From IMG/VR virus record IMGVR_UViG_3300033074_002003: a stretch of DNA of 53,056 bases; one strand, 5' to 3'. Numbering within the stretch: the stretch's first letter is position 1; every line of letters begins with the position of its first letter. Of the stretch, positions 44,984-53,056 are shown piece after piece. This stretch comes from a virus. The notes beneath the pieces were generated by a model, which was given only the letters and a program-made list of their open reading frames with translations, did not search any database and had not been told where the DNA came from. The position numbers and the translations under genes were made by a program.

Positions 44984-45856
44984 ATGAAACACCTCATCCT
45001 CGACTGCATGAATTTCATGCACCGCGCGAGATCCGGGTTTGCGCTCGGTGAACACGCGGTGACGTACAACTTCTTCAGGAACTTGCGCGCTCTTATCGGG
45101 ACGCTCGAACCAGATACAGTGACAGTCGTCCTCGAGGGTCACCCGCGCGATCGACACGCCGAGTTTCCCGAGTACAAGGCGAACCGCGAGGAGAAGGTAG
45201 ATCCCAGCGATCCGAAGTCGCTCGCCCGGGCCGCCGAGATGAAGTCGTTCTATCGGCAGGCTGAGGAAGCGATCTCGCTCCTCAAGTCATCGTTCCCGGT
45301 GCTGACCGTGCGGCACCCTCACTACGAGGCCGACGACACGATCTACACGCTCTGCAAGAAGTTTGCTGTGGCGCCCGACGAGGTTGTCGTCGCATCAAAT
45401 GATACCGACTTCATCCAGCTCCTCAACGAATTCCCGAGCGACACCCTGCGCCTCTACAGTCCACACGACAAGGCTTACGTCGAGGCGCCTGAGTATGATT
45501 ACGTCACGTGGAAGTCCCTTCGCGGAGATCCCACTGACAACATTCCGAACCTCCCGGGTGTCGGGAACGTCACTGCGTTGAAAGCTGTCGGGAACCCAGA
45601 GTTCATGACAGAACTCCTCTCGCGCGAGGGACATGCTGCTCAGTTTGAGTCGAACAAGAGGCTCATCGCGCTCAAGGAGATCCCGAGCGACGAACTGGGT
45701 CTCATGGAGCTCTCGGGTGAGAAGCCCGACTGGGTGAACATCATCGGAGAGTTCAAAGAGTGGGGTTTCAAGTCGATCTTCAAGGACAAGACGTGGGAGA
45801 AGTTTCGCTGCACGTTTGAGGTGTTGAAGCCCACGCGAAACATCGTTTCAAAGTAG
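44984..45856 (+). CDS. 5'-3' exonuclease / flap endonuclease (T4 RNase H / T5 D15-like)
   Basis: 'HLILDCMNFMHRA', 'VVASNDTDFIQLL' FEN motifs. Confidence 0.75.
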   Translation: MKHLILDCMNFMHRARSGFALGEHAVTYNFFRNLRALIGTLEPDTVTVVLEGHPRDRHAEFPEYKANREEKVDPSDPKSLARAAEMKSFYRQAEEAISLLKSSFPVLTVRHPHYEADDTIYTLCKKFAVAPDEVVVASNDTDFIQLLNEFPSDTLRLYSPHDKAYVEAPEYDYVTWKSLRGDPTDNIPNLPGVGNVTALKAVGNPEFMTELLSREGHAAQFESNKRLIALKEIPSDELGLMELSGEKPDWVNIIGEFKEWGFKSIFKDKTWEKFRCTFEVLKPTRNIVSK

Positions 45857-45891
45857 CGCCTACATATTCCCGAACGGGAAGGCGGGTCGCG

Positions 45892-46356
45892 ATGAACAAG
45901 TTTCTGAGGGTACTCGGGTACATCTGGTGTTCGCCTGTCACTGCTGTGGGACTCGCTTACGCCCTTCTCTTCTGGGCGGCGGGTTGGTACAGGTGGTGGG
46001 GTGTCGTTGAGGACGCTCTTGTCTGGACAGTGAACCTCGACACCTCGCCGAGCTGGCTCGCGACGCTCTGGAAGGGTTGGGGCGGGCACACAGTCGGTAA
46101 TGTTGTCGTGATGAGGTATAAGCCCGACGTGCGTCCTGTGATCATGGCACACGAGCTCGTTCACGTTGCGCAGTGCATGAAGATGGGCGTCTTCCAACCC
46201 ATCGTCTACCTCATCATCTACCTCACGCTGAAGTTCTTCTGCAAGCACGCCGACGCCTACTACGACAACTCACTTGAGGTCGACGCTAGGAGGGGGGCGG
46301 GACAGCTCATTGACGTCGTCGGTGCGCAGAAGAAGCTTGCTTCCAAGCAGGGCTGA
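45892..46356 (+). CDS. membrane protein with HExxH motif (putative metallopeptidase)
   Basis: two N-terminal TM helices; 'MAHELVHVAQ'. Confidence 0.4.
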   Translation: MNKFLRVLGYIWCSPVTAVGLAYALLFWAAGWYRWWGVVEDALVWTVNLDTSPSWLATLWKGWGGHTVGNVVVMRYKPDVRPVIMAHELVHVAQCMKMGVFQPIVYLIIYLTLKFFCKHADAYYDNSLEVDARRGAGQLIDVVGAQKKLASKQG

Positions 46357-46373
46357 GTCGCATACTTAGTCAC

Positions 46374-47144
46374 ATGTCAGAAGAGTTCAAGTGCGGGTGG
46401 CGACCCGAACCGGCGAGCGACAAGGACTTCTCATTTGAGAGCGTGGCCGGTGCACTTCTGCAGAAAGAGTCGGGAGAGTGCGTCGACCTTCGACAGTGGT
46501 GCTCGCCGGTTGAGAACCAGTTGTCGCTGCAGTCGTGTTCTGGCAACGCTGTTGTCGGTGGGCTAGAGCTCCTTGAGAACGAGCGCGGTGACGAATTCGT
46601 AGAGCTCGCGCGCCTCTTTCCGTACTACAACGGCCGTGCAGCAATTGGCGAGACGGAAAAAGACGAGGGATGTTACATCCGTGACGTGATGAATTCTCTG
46701 TGTGCCTTCGGCGTCTGTCCGGAGGCGATCTGGCCGTATGACGTCGAGAAAGTGAAGATTCGTCCCTCGTGGAAGGCATACAGGGCCGCGTACGCACACA
46801 GGATCAAGAGCTTCTACAAGATCTTTGAGACGGGCGACGAGCTCATTGAGAGGATCAAGTCCGCGCTTCGCTGTAGGCACCCTGTCGTGTTCGGTGCGAT
46901 GGTCTACGAGGCGTTCCCGTACTACAAGAGCGGTCGGGTCGCGATGCCCGCTGGCAAGTGCCTCGGAGGCCACGCGATGCTCATTGTTGGTTTCGACAAC
47001 GTCGCGAAGACGTTCATCGTTCGCAATAGCTGGGGACCGGGCTGGGGCGAGGGCGGGTACTGTCACATGCCGTACGAGTACCTCGCTGCAGCACAGGCAA
47101 ACGACTTCTGGGTCCCGACGCTTCAGATCGAGAGGGCCGAGTGA
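46374..47144 (+). CDS. papain-like cysteine peptidase (C1 family)
   Basis: 'NQLSLQSCSGNAV' (Gln-oxyanion/Cys), 'GGHAMLIVGFD', 'NSWGPGWGEGGY' (His, Asn, Trp). Confidence 0.7.
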   Translation: MSEEFKCGWRPEPASDKDFSFESVAGALLQKESGECVDLRQWCSPVENQLSLQSCSGNAVVGGLELLENERGDEFVELARLFPYYNGRAAIGETEKDEGCYIRDVMNSLCAFGVCPEAIWPYDVEKVKIRPSWKAYRAAYAHRIKSFYKIFETGDELIERIKSALRCRHPVVFGAMVYEAFPYYKSGRVAMPAGKCLGGHAMLIVGFDNVAKTFIVRNSWGPGWGEGGYCHMPYEYLAAAQANDFWVPTLQIERAE

Positions 47145-47521
47145 AGGATTTTCTTCTCCGCGAGCTCCCGTTCGAGCAGCTCTCTCTCGAGCTCCTAGGT
47201 TCGATGTCTCGCCTTCACGAAGAACCCGAGGGGTCTGTTGGGATCATTGTCCCGATCGTTCTCGAGTCGCCCAATGTCGTGACGAGCGATCCCGAAGAGT
47301 GGAGTTCACTGACTGAGCACACGATCCTCATTGAGTCGCTCGTTCCCATCGCACAGGCAGCGAAGTCTGTCGCGCTCGGGAAGGCAGACGACATTGAGCT
47401 CATCGCGGTCGACGGGAACCGGCTCGAGGAGGGTGACAGTCGCCGTGTCATCAGCACGCTCCTGAAGAGGCGCGACATTCGAGCGGGAATCGCGCGCGTA
47501 CTCCGAGATTCTTCGAAGTGA
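47141..47521 (+). CDS. hypothetical acidic protein
   Basis: 126-aa ORF. Confidence 0.35.
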   Translation: MKDFLLRELPFEQLSLELLGSMSRLHEEPEGSVGIIVPIVLESPNVVTSDPEEWSSLTEHTILIESLVPIAQAAKSVALGKADDIELIAVDGNRLEEGDSRRVISTLLKRRDIRAGIARVLRDSSK

Positions 47522-47534
47522 AGGGTACATATTC

Positions 47535-47861
47535 ATGATGCTGTCTCACAAGATCGCGGTGTTGATATCACTCTTTGCATTGGTGTCTTGCAAGGGCTCA
47601 GTGCAACCCGAACCGCAGCCCGCTGTAATAACTGACAGCGAACATTGCGGTCCTGCGTGCGTGCACCTCATGGACCTCGGGTGTGAGGAAGGATTTCCCA
47701 TTCCCGTCGCGCTCCAGGACGGCGGGACACGCATGGCACCATGTTCCGAGATGTGTATCAACACGCAGAGCAAGGGCGTGTGGTTAAATCCCGTGTGTGT
47801 TGAGAAGATCAGCAAGTGTGATCAGATCGAGAACTGCGCAATTTCGAGCGGAAAGAAGTGA
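47535..47861 (+). CDS. small Cys-rich lipoprotein
   Basis: signal peptide + lipobox 'ALVSC'; 8 additional Cys. Confidence 0.45.
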   Translation: MMLSHKIAVLISLFALVSCKGSVQPEPQPAVITDSEHCGPACVHLMDLGCEEGFPIPVALQDGGTRMAPCSEMCINTQSKGVWLNPVCVEKISKCDQIENCAISSGKK

Positions 47862-47866
47862 ACGAG

Positions 47867-48256
47867 ATGAGAATCAGACTAAGCGAACTACGCAGGCTCA
47901 TTCGTGAGGAAGTTCTCCTCGTCGAAGCGCAGATGTCAGACCCAATCGCTGTCGCTGTTGGAAATGCGCTGGTGAATCACATGAAATCGCCTGCATTTGC
48001 GAGCGAGGTGCAAAAGGGCCTCAATGGGAAGAAGGGCGATCCGGACAGGGCCGCAGATGAACTCATCACAACGCTTCCTGGGTCGCAGCTCTTCAGAGAG
48101 CCGATTTACGCCGCTGTCCGTGCAGCAGCGGGAAATGAAAACGCGCTCGGTGGTGACCTTCACAAGGCTCACGCGGCACAGAAGCAACAGTCGCAGCAGG
48201 GACAGCAGCAAGCGCCCGCACCCGCACAGCGTAGTGTTCAACAGCCCTCCGCATGA
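47867..48256 (+). CDS. hypothetical protein with N-terminal leader 'MRIRLSELRRLIREEV' (paralog family member C)
   Basis: leader shared with 7793 and 16580(-) genes; Gln-rich C-terminus. Confidence 0.5.
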   Translation: MRIRLSELRRLIREEVLLVEAQMSDPIAVAVGNALVNHMKSPAFASEVQKGLNGKKGDPDRAADELITTLPGSQLFREPIYAAVRAAAGNENALGGDLHKAHAAQKQQSQQGQQQAPAPAQRSVQQPSA

Positions 48257-48277
48257 TAGAATAGATGGGAGGAACAA

Positions 48278-48712
48278 ATGAGCGAAACACGCACAGCTTC
48301 AGTCGTCGTTCTTGAGATGGGTGATCACGTCCTGTGCATCGAACGCCTCGACGAAGCTTCGCTCGGAAAGTTTGCTCTCCCAGGCGGGAAGCGCGAGGCA
48401 CACGAGACTTACGAAGAGGCGGCGATCCGCGAGATCAAAGAAGAGACGGGTGTTGACATCTTCGACCTCGAGAAGGTCTACGAGTGTGTCGACTGTGAGA
48501 ACTACAACGTCGTGACGTTCAGAGCGAAGTTTCGCGGTGTACCGCGGCCCGCAGAAGGGAAGCGCGTCGTGTGGATGTCCTGGGATGACATCACATTTGG
48601 ACCGAAAGCCGCGTACCCGGAGTACAACAGCGAGGTCCGAAAGGCGATGTCTGTGAAGACTATCGATATCGCAGAAGACGCACACGAGTGTGTCGCTGTC
48701 GCAGCAGGTTGA
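48278..48712 (+). CDS. Nudix hydrolase (second copy)
   Basis: Nudix box 'GGKREAHETYEEAAIREIKEETGV'. Confidence 0.75.
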   Translation: MSETRTASVVVLEMGDHVLCIERLDEASLGKFALPGGKREAHETYEEAAIREIKEETGVDIFDLEKVYECVDCENYNVVTFRAKFRGVPRPAEGKRVVWMSWDDITFGPKAAYPEYNSEVRKAMSVKTIDIAEDAHECVAVAAG

Positions 48713-48743
48713 ACATCCCGCCCTCACTGCGTATAAGTGAAGG

Positions 48744-49034
48744 ATGAGCGACGGTCAGTGCCCACTTTGTAACCGGGACGAGGTCCCACTGAGCGATCAC
48801 CACCTCGTGCCAAAGTGCCGGGGAGGCGTAGATACTCTTCCGATCTGCTGTGATTGCCACTCTGCGATTCACGCCCAATTTTCTAACAAGGAACTAGAGG
48901 GCACGTTCAATACTGTCGAGTCGCTCCTGGCGAACGAGAAGTTCGCGTCTACGGTGAAGTTCATCTCGAAACAGTCTGGGCGCGTTAAGACTCACGTCTC
49001 ACGCGCCCAGCGTCGTCGAGGTCGGAACGGTTAG
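48744..49034 (+). CDS. small HNH endonuclease
   Basis: 'CPLCNRDE...SDHHLVPKCRGG...CCDCHSAIH'. Confidence 0.65.
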   Translation: MSDGQCPLCNRDEVPLSDHHLVPKCRGGVDTLPICCDCHSAIHAQFSNKELEGTFNTVESLLANEKFASTVKFISKQSGRVKTHVSRAQRRRGRNG

Positions 49035-50050
49035 GCTCTACCAGCTGTTCCGCCGCCCGCCATGCCGACGCCCATGCCACGTCCCTGCAGGCCCGTTCCG
49101 AGGAAGCCCATGAGGGCCGAACCCCACGACTGCTTCGACATGTTGAGGATCATGTCGAGGTCAAGGCTGCTTGCGACAGAGTTGTCAAATGCCTTGAAAG
49201 CAGACAGGACCGCGCGAATCGGCCTCATGATGAGGTCACCGCCGAGCCTCGTGGCGAGCTTCGCGAATCCCGGTGCCTTCGAGCGAACGATGCTCTCGAA
49301 CGCCTTCTGGAACTTGTCAGCTGTATTCGATGCGCCCGCAGTCGGCTTGCTCCGCGAGAAGAGCTTGCTGAGGTAACCCTGCTTCATCGGTGTCTCTGCA
49401 CCACCGCCCGTCGCGCGATTGACCTCAGCGTCGTACGCCTCAAAAGTCTCGAGGAGCGACGTCGTCTTCTGCTTGCGCTTCACGACCCAGCTGAGCACGG
49501 GATTGATGATCTCCGCGAGCGCTCCGCTAAAGAGCTCGTCAGACACGGCAACGAGGCCCTTCACCACAGTCGCGACGTCTCCGAAGAGCGCCTTGAACTC
49601 GCCGAGCTTCTTGCGAAACTCGCCCGACATCCCGGCCCCCTCGAGGTCCTCGAGCTCCATGACCATCGCGTGCGCTGCTTCTGCCTTCTGCTGAACCTCG
49701 CTGACGACGCTCTCCGAGACCTGAGCGATGGGAGCGACGCTCTTCACCATTCCAGCGAGCTGGTTCGCCATCTCGTTCACGGACAGCGACGATGCCGCCT
49801 CCATGATCGTCAGCCTCTCTAGGACGATCGCCTCTTTGATCGCCGCCCTGCGAGCGGCAGCAAACTTCCTGGGGGTCCTCGACTCGTTGAGGGAATTTGC
49901 CGCGGCAACGTGCCCCTCAAATCTCGCGCGGGAAGCCGCTTTTTCTTCTCTCAGGGACGCTTTCTCGCTGTCGGAGAACGCAGGCACGTCGACCATCAGC
50001 CGGAACGTCTCGAGGATGACGACAGCTTCGTTCAGCAGATTCTTGTTCAT
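49031..50050 (-). CDS. hypothetical Ala-rich coiled-coil protein with Gly/Met-rich tail
   Basis: minus-strand ORF; ATG at 50050 with GGAG 9 nt upstream; no competing + strand ORF. Confidence 0.5.
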   Translation of the reverse strand: MNKNLLNEAVVILETFRLMVDVPAFSDSEKASLREEKAASRARFEGHVAAANSLNESRTPRKFAAARRAAIKEAIVLERLTIMEAASSLSVNEMANQLAGMVKSVAPIAQVSESVVSEVQQKAEAAHAMVMELEDLEGAGMSGEFRKKLGEFKALFGDVATVVKGLVAVSDELFSGALAEIINPVLSWVVKRKQKTTSLLETFEAYDAEVNRATGGGAETPMKQGYLSKLFSRSKPTAGASNTADKFQKAFESIVRSKAPGFAKLATRLGGDLIMRPIRAVLSAFKAFDNSVASSLDLDMILNMSKQSWGSALMGFLGTGLQGRGMGVGMAGGGTAGRA

Positions 50051-50111
50051 TTCTTGGAGCTCCACGGGTCTAAATATCACACTTGGTACGATGTTGTGAA
50101 ATGAGAGTCAT

Positions 50112-50140
50112 TTGAACAACATGACACAGTTCCATACTAT
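50112..50140 (+). promoter_or_regulatory. sigma70-like promoter candidate TTGAAC-N17-TACTAT in divergent intergenic region
   Basis: hexamers and 17-nt spacer read directly; ~40 nt upstream of AAA ATPase start. Confidence 0.35.
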
Positions 50141-50182
50141 GGTGCTATTCAGTGGTCAGACGTGAACTGGCGAGAGAAAAGA

Positions 50183-51571
50183 ATGTCCGAAAATACGGAA
50201 ACCGCAGTCCGCACCAAGAAGAACAATTTCAGGAAGTGGCTCTCGAAGGCAGAGAGTGCCTTTGAGCGTGCGTCGCAGATCGCAGACATCCTGCACAAGT
50301 GCGCCAAAGAGCCGACGCCGTTCCTCGTGGCGAAAACGACCTTCGACCTGGCCAATGTCGCACAGGCGATGTTCCTCCTGAACTACTACGAGTTCTTCCA
50401 GGGCTGGTCGTCGCCCTACAGCGAGGACTACAACTATGCGATCACCGAGATCCTGAAGAGGATTCCCTACACCGAGCGGGCGGTCTCCGACCAGAACCTC
50501 TCTCTCCGTAAGGTCCTCCTCGAGGTGAACGGTCAGGAGTTCGAGCTCTACTACTGCATCAACGTGGAGCACGAATCCATCGAGGGTATCCACGTCCAGA
50601 ACGAAAATCTCGAGCTGGCCCGTGAGTTCATCAAGCGCGCCTTCTGGGAGAAGTTCGGGGGCGAGTTCCTCCTGATGCACAAGAAGAAGATCGTCGAGCA
50701 CGGTCGCGAGATCGGAGACTTCCTTGTTTTCGATCCCGACAACGACGTCTTCCCACACACGAGCAACCTCGCCGCGAACCTCGCGAAGAAGACGAAGAGG
50801 TTCGTAGAGGGAGGCGTCTCGCGCTCTATCCTCCTGTACGGGCCGCCCGGGACCGGAAAGTCCACGATGGTGAGGGCCATCGTCCGCGAGCTGAAGATGA
50901 CGTCCCTGCGCATTCGCGTGGAGGACCTCGAGGACATGTCGAACGCGACGATCTTCGAGGCGATCAAGATCTTCAATCCAGAGTGCATCATCATCGATGA
51001 CCTCGATCGCATCGGACGCGTGGGGGCGATCCTCGAGACCCTCGAGCGCCTCAACAAGAAGCTGAAGCTCGTATTTGCGACGGTGAATGACAAGGACATG
51101 CTCGGTGCCGCTGTCCTGCGTCCCGGTCGCTTTGACGAGGTGATCGAGATCAGCGACATGGATCCCGAGACTGTCACCAAGATCCTCGGCTCCGAGGAGG
51201 ATGCTCGCGTCGTAGAGCTTCTGAGGAAGTGGCCCGTCGCGTACATCATCGAGTACGTGAAGCGCAGGACCTACATGTCGAGGGTCGACGCGCTCAACGA
51301 CCTCGCCGAGCTTCACCTCCGCGTCACCGAGCTCGATTCTGGAAACTACGACACGCCCGCAGAAGCCGCCGCGGCGCGTGAGGAGTGCGAGGCGATGCTG
51401 AAGAAGATCAGCGACCTCGTTGATGAGACGGGTGAGAAGTCTACCCACGCCGCTTTCACGCTTCCCAAGGCACCCGCAAAGCCGAAGAAGAAGCTCACGA
51501 GGAGGGCACCACTGAAGGCGCCCACTCCCCCGCACGTGTCGAAGTCGAAGGTGAGCAGAAAAAAGAAGTAG
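50183..51571 (+). CDS. AAA+ ATPase (classic AAA clade)
   Basis: Walker A 'GPPGTGKST', Walker B 'IIIDDLD', second region of homology 'VLRPGRFDEVIEI'. Confidence 0.75.
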   Translation: MSENTETAVRTKKNNFRKWLSKAESAFERASQIADILHKCAKEPTPFLVAKTTFDLANVAQAMFLLNYYEFFQGWSSPYSEDYNYAITEILKRIPYTERAVSDQNLSLRKVLLEVNGQEFELYYCINVEHESIEGIHVQNENLELAREFIKRAFWEKFGGEFLLMHKKKIVEHGREIGDFLVFDPDNDVFPHTSNLAANLAKKTKRFVEGGVSRSILLYGPPGTGKSTMVRAIVRELKMTSLRIRVEDLEDMSNATIFEAIKIFNPECIIIDDLDRIGRVGAILETLERLNKKLKLVFATVNDKDMLGAAVLRPGRFDEVIEISDMDPETVTKILGSEEDARVVELLRKWPVAYIIEYVKRRTYMSRVDALNDLAELHLRVTELDSGNYDTPAEAAAAREECEAMLKKISDLVDETGEKSTHAAFTLPKAPAKPKKKLTRRAPLKAPTPPHVSKSKVSRKKK

Positions 51572-51893
51572 AAAAAGTTGAAACATTCACACGGTACCTG
51601 ATATCTTATTCTTACTGAGCGACGTGGTGTCGTTCACAGGTGAGAGGAAGAACGAAGATGACAACCGCGGGAGGACAGCAAGTGAAACAGCTGAATCGCG
51701 GAAGTGATCTGCGCGCCGACTCCCGCCGATCAGGTACGTGTGATAGCGCTCTCGGGCACGGTAATAAGCCACAGTCGGAAATTCCGGCTGCGGAACTTAC
51801 AACCGCCTCCTGAAGAGACAACGCGCGTGCCCCGATCGGATCAGTAGAAGAACCCTCGAGCACGCGCCGGAGGGAGAGGTTCTTGTTGTAATC

Positions 51894-51967
51894 GGACGCG
51901 TGGTGTCAATGGTCAGCACAATCGACTCTTAATCGATTAAGTGCGAGTTCGAATCTCGCCGCGTCCA
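51894..51967 (+). tRNA. tRNA-Lys (anticodon CTT)
   Basis: hand-folded cloverleaf: acceptor GGACGCG/CGCGTCC, D GTGT/GCAC, anticodon stem ATCGA/TCGAT loop CTCTTAA, T-arm GCGAG-TTCGAAT-CTCGC. Confidence 0.8.
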
Positions 51968-51982
51968 CGTGTGATACAGTTT

Positions 51983-52055
51983 CGGTGCATAGAACAAAGG
52001 TTAAGTTCGCCTCTCTGATACGGAGGAAATTTGGGTTCGAGTCCCAGTGCACCGA
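51983..52055 (+). tRNA. tRNA-Ile (anticodon GAT)
   Basis: acceptor CGGTGCA/TGCACCG, D GAAC/GTTC, anticodon stem CCTCT/GGAGG loop CTGATAC, T-arm TTGGG-TTCGAGT-CCCAG. Confidence 0.75.
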
Positions 52056-52103
52056 CCGAAGAACACCCAGCTGTTCTCTCGATCTTTGACAGTCCGTCTT
52101 TTC

Positions 52104-52142
52104 TCGCATCGCGCGCGCCCCCCAAGGGTTCTCGCGATGCGA
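52104..52142. repeat. 10-bp perfect stem hairpin (TCGCATCGCG ... CGCGATGCGA, 19-nt GC-rich loop) between tRNA genes
   Basis: read directly. Confidence 0.5.
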
Positions 52143-52146
52143 ACTT

Positions 52147-52219
52147 GCGCGAGTAGCTCAATAGTAGAGCGGTCTCCTTTGGAGGGGGCAGGTAGGATGG
52201 GCAGAACATCCCTCGCGCG
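52147..52219 (+). ncRNA. tRNA-like element 1 (canonical acceptor and D-arm; aberrant anticodon region CTCC-TTT-GGAG; non-canonical T-loop GGCAGAA)
   Basis: acceptor GCGCGAG/CTCGCGC, D-arm TAGCTCAATAGTAGAGC; no 5-bp/7-nt anticodon arm can be drawn. Confidence 0.4.
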
Positions 52220-52286
52220 CCCGTGATCAGCGAGACGATCGAGCGCCTCGTGAGTGGAGACGTTTCGCGTCTTCCGATCACGACAC

Positions 52287-52357
52287 GTATCGCTAGCTCA
52301 AGAGAAGAGCGCGCCCCTTTCAGGGCGTGATAGAGTGTGCAAATCCTCTGCGATACA
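52287..52357 (+). ncRNA. tRNA-like element 2 (paralog of element 1; anticodon region CGCCC-CTTTCA-GGGCG with 6-nt loop)
   Basis: acceptor GTATCGC/GCGATAC, D-arm TAGCTCAAGAGAAGAGC; T region AGAG-TGTGCAAATC-CTCT non-canonical. Confidence 0.4.
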
Positions 52358-52362
52358 CGAAC

Positions 52363-52433
52363 GGGTCCTTAGTTTATCGGAAGAACGCTGTGCCGCTAGC
52401 GCAGAGGCGAAGGTTCGAGCCCTTCAGGACCCT
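52363..52433 (+). tRNA. tRNA with anticodon loop CCGCTAG (GCT if standard register, i.e. Ser-type anticodon without long variable arm, C at position 33)
   Basis: acceptor GGGTCCT/AGGACCC, D GTTT/GAAC, anticodon stem CTGTG/CGCAG, T-arm GAAGG-TTCGAGC-CCTTC. Confidence 0.5.
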
Positions 52434-52487
52434 CCGAGATCGAAGTGTTGTATCGACAGACAGTCGCGCGCCACACGCTCTCTCATT

Positions 52488-52562
52488 GCACCACTATGAT
52501 TAATTGGTTAGATGGCTTGCCTCTCAAGCAGGAGGAGCTCGGTTCGAATCCGGCGTGGTGCA
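52488..52562 (+). tRNA. tRNA-Glu-like (anticodon CTC), irregular D-arm
   Basis: acceptor GCACCAC/GTGGTGC, anticodon stem CTTGC/GCAGG loop CTCTCAA, T-loop TTCGAAT; D-stem could not be paired cleanly. Confidence 0.45.
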
Positions 52563-52653
52563 CAAAGTTTCTCATTACTCTGTGGTGTATCAGACGCACA
52601 TGAGGTCCACAAGCCCCTCGGAGACCACGTGCAAATCGTGGCAGAGTAACCAT

Positions 52654-52725
52654 GGTGACGTAGCCTAGCGGTCAGGCAGCGAGTTGTCTACTCGCCCAAC
52701 GCCGGTTCGAATCCGGTCGTCATCG
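52654..52725 (+). tRNA. tRNA-Asp-like (anticodon GTC; T at position 37)
   Basis: acceptor GGTGACG/CGTCATC, D GCCT/AGGC, anticodon stem GCGAG/CTCGC loop TTGTCTA, T-arm GCCGG-TTCGAAT-CCGGT. Confidence 0.55.
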
Positions 52726-52848
52726 CAATCGAGCACCGAGAGGTGTGAGATCAGTTCCCCACAAGGGAAACATTCGGGCCTGGTGTATTGAGCAACACGC
52801 GTCCACTTTGGAGGACGAGAGTCACGAGCATAGCGTGGGGCCTGAGCC

Positions 52849-52920
52849 GGGGAGGTAGTGTACGGGCGCACAGCGATCTATTGGTGATCGACGGAGCTGG
52901 TTCAATTCCAGCCCTCCCCC
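52849..52920 (+). ncRNA. tRNA-like gene (anticodon loop TATTGGT: TTG/Gln-type but A at position 33)
   Basis: acceptor GGGGAGG/CCTCCCC, T-arm GCTGG-TTCAATT-CCAGC, anticodon stem CGATC/GATCG. Confidence 0.4.
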
Positions 52921-52933
52921 TGAAACGCGATAC

Positions 52934-53005
52934 TGGGAGATGGTCTAGTGGCATGATACTTCACTCTGAATGAAGCTGGTGCGGGTTCGAGTCCCGCTCT
53001 CCCAT
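52934..53005 (+). tRNA. tRNA-Gln (anticodon CTG)
   Basis: acceptor TGGGAGA/TCTCCCA, anticodon stem CTTCA/TGAAG loop CTCTGAA, T-arm GCGGG-TTCGAGT-CCCGC. Confidence 0.7.
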
Positions 53006-53056
53006 CTGCCTGCTCGGCGCAGAGAGCTGTAGACACCTTGACAACAATGTGGTGTG

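Noticed and set aside
44572-45069. 165-aa minus-strand ORF
   Set aside because: antisense to 44569..44919 gene and to the tRNA-like minihelix and FEN start
50156-51586. 476-aa ORF on minus strand
   Set aside because: antisense to AAA ATPase gene with clear Walker motifs; Arg/Leu-rich composition typical of GC-rich antisense frames
52363-52433. amber-suppressor tRNA call
   Set aside because: CTA is centred in the loop only if the register is shifted by one nt, giving a 6-bp stem and 5-nt loop; with the standard 5-bp/7-nt register the anticodon is GCT. Kept as a finding note, not called as suppressor
51906-52973. short ORFs across the tRNA cluster (e.g. 51937..52281 -, 52254..52499 +)
   Set aside because: overlap tRNA/tRNA-like structures; no SD; region is clearly RNA-gene territory

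Overview
This window looks like a 53-kb piece of a large tailed-phage genome from a Gram-negative-type host, about 57% GC. Genes are densely packed, almost all on the + strand, with Shine-Dalgarno-like leaders and many 4-nt start/stop overlaps (ATGA, GTGA). It contains a replication and nucleotide-metabolism module and ends in a tRNA cluster.

Replication and RNA-repair genes: polynucleotide kinase/phosphatase (Pnk), an RNA ligase fused to an NaMN-adenylyltransferase (NadD)-like HIGH-nucleotidyltransferase domain, DnaE-type PolIII alpha, a DnaQ-like exonuclease, a FEN 5'-3' exonuclease, and a Rad3/DinG-type helicase.

Nucleotide metabolism and possible DNA modification: a thymidylate synthase (ThyA)-family enzyme, thymidine kinase, dCMP deaminase, a P-loop nucleoside/nucleotide kinase, two Nudix hydrolases and a MazG-like protein. 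Together with a UDP-glucuronate decarboxylase (UXS)-like enzyme, an NAD-dependent epimerase and a GT-B glycosyltransferase, these suggest a candidate DNA hypermodification pathway.

Mobile elements: at least six homing-endonuclease-like genes (two HNH, one GIY-YIG, two Zn-finger PD-(D/E)XK paralogs, one DUF559-like) and two DNA methyltransferases.

Accessory and envelope-active genes: Dps-like ferritin, a divergent Fe/Mn-SOD-like protein, a nitrilase-superfamily hydrolase translationally coupled to a pterin-4a-carbinolamine dehydratase (PCD/DCoH)-like protein, a ClpP-like peptidase, a metzincin lipoprotein, a papain-like peptidase, a soluble-lytic-transglycosylase (SLT)-domain protein, a multi-domain peptidoglycan hydrolase and an AAA ATPase.

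Most notable observations:
- The helicase gene is 'fractured'. Its N-part ends in an intein N-fragment and a stop codon; a free-standing endonuclease gene follows in a second frame; an SD-preceded intein C-fragment (35 aa, DnaE-IntC-like) plus the helicase C-part follows in a third frame. This is a naturally split intein with an intervening homing endonuclease.
- Three otherwise unrelated proteins share an N-terminal 'MKIxLSELRKLIREE' leader.
- The tRNA cluster contains several tRNA-like genes with non-canonical anticodon arms, and a 55-nt acceptor/T-arm minihelix sits upstream of the FEN gene.
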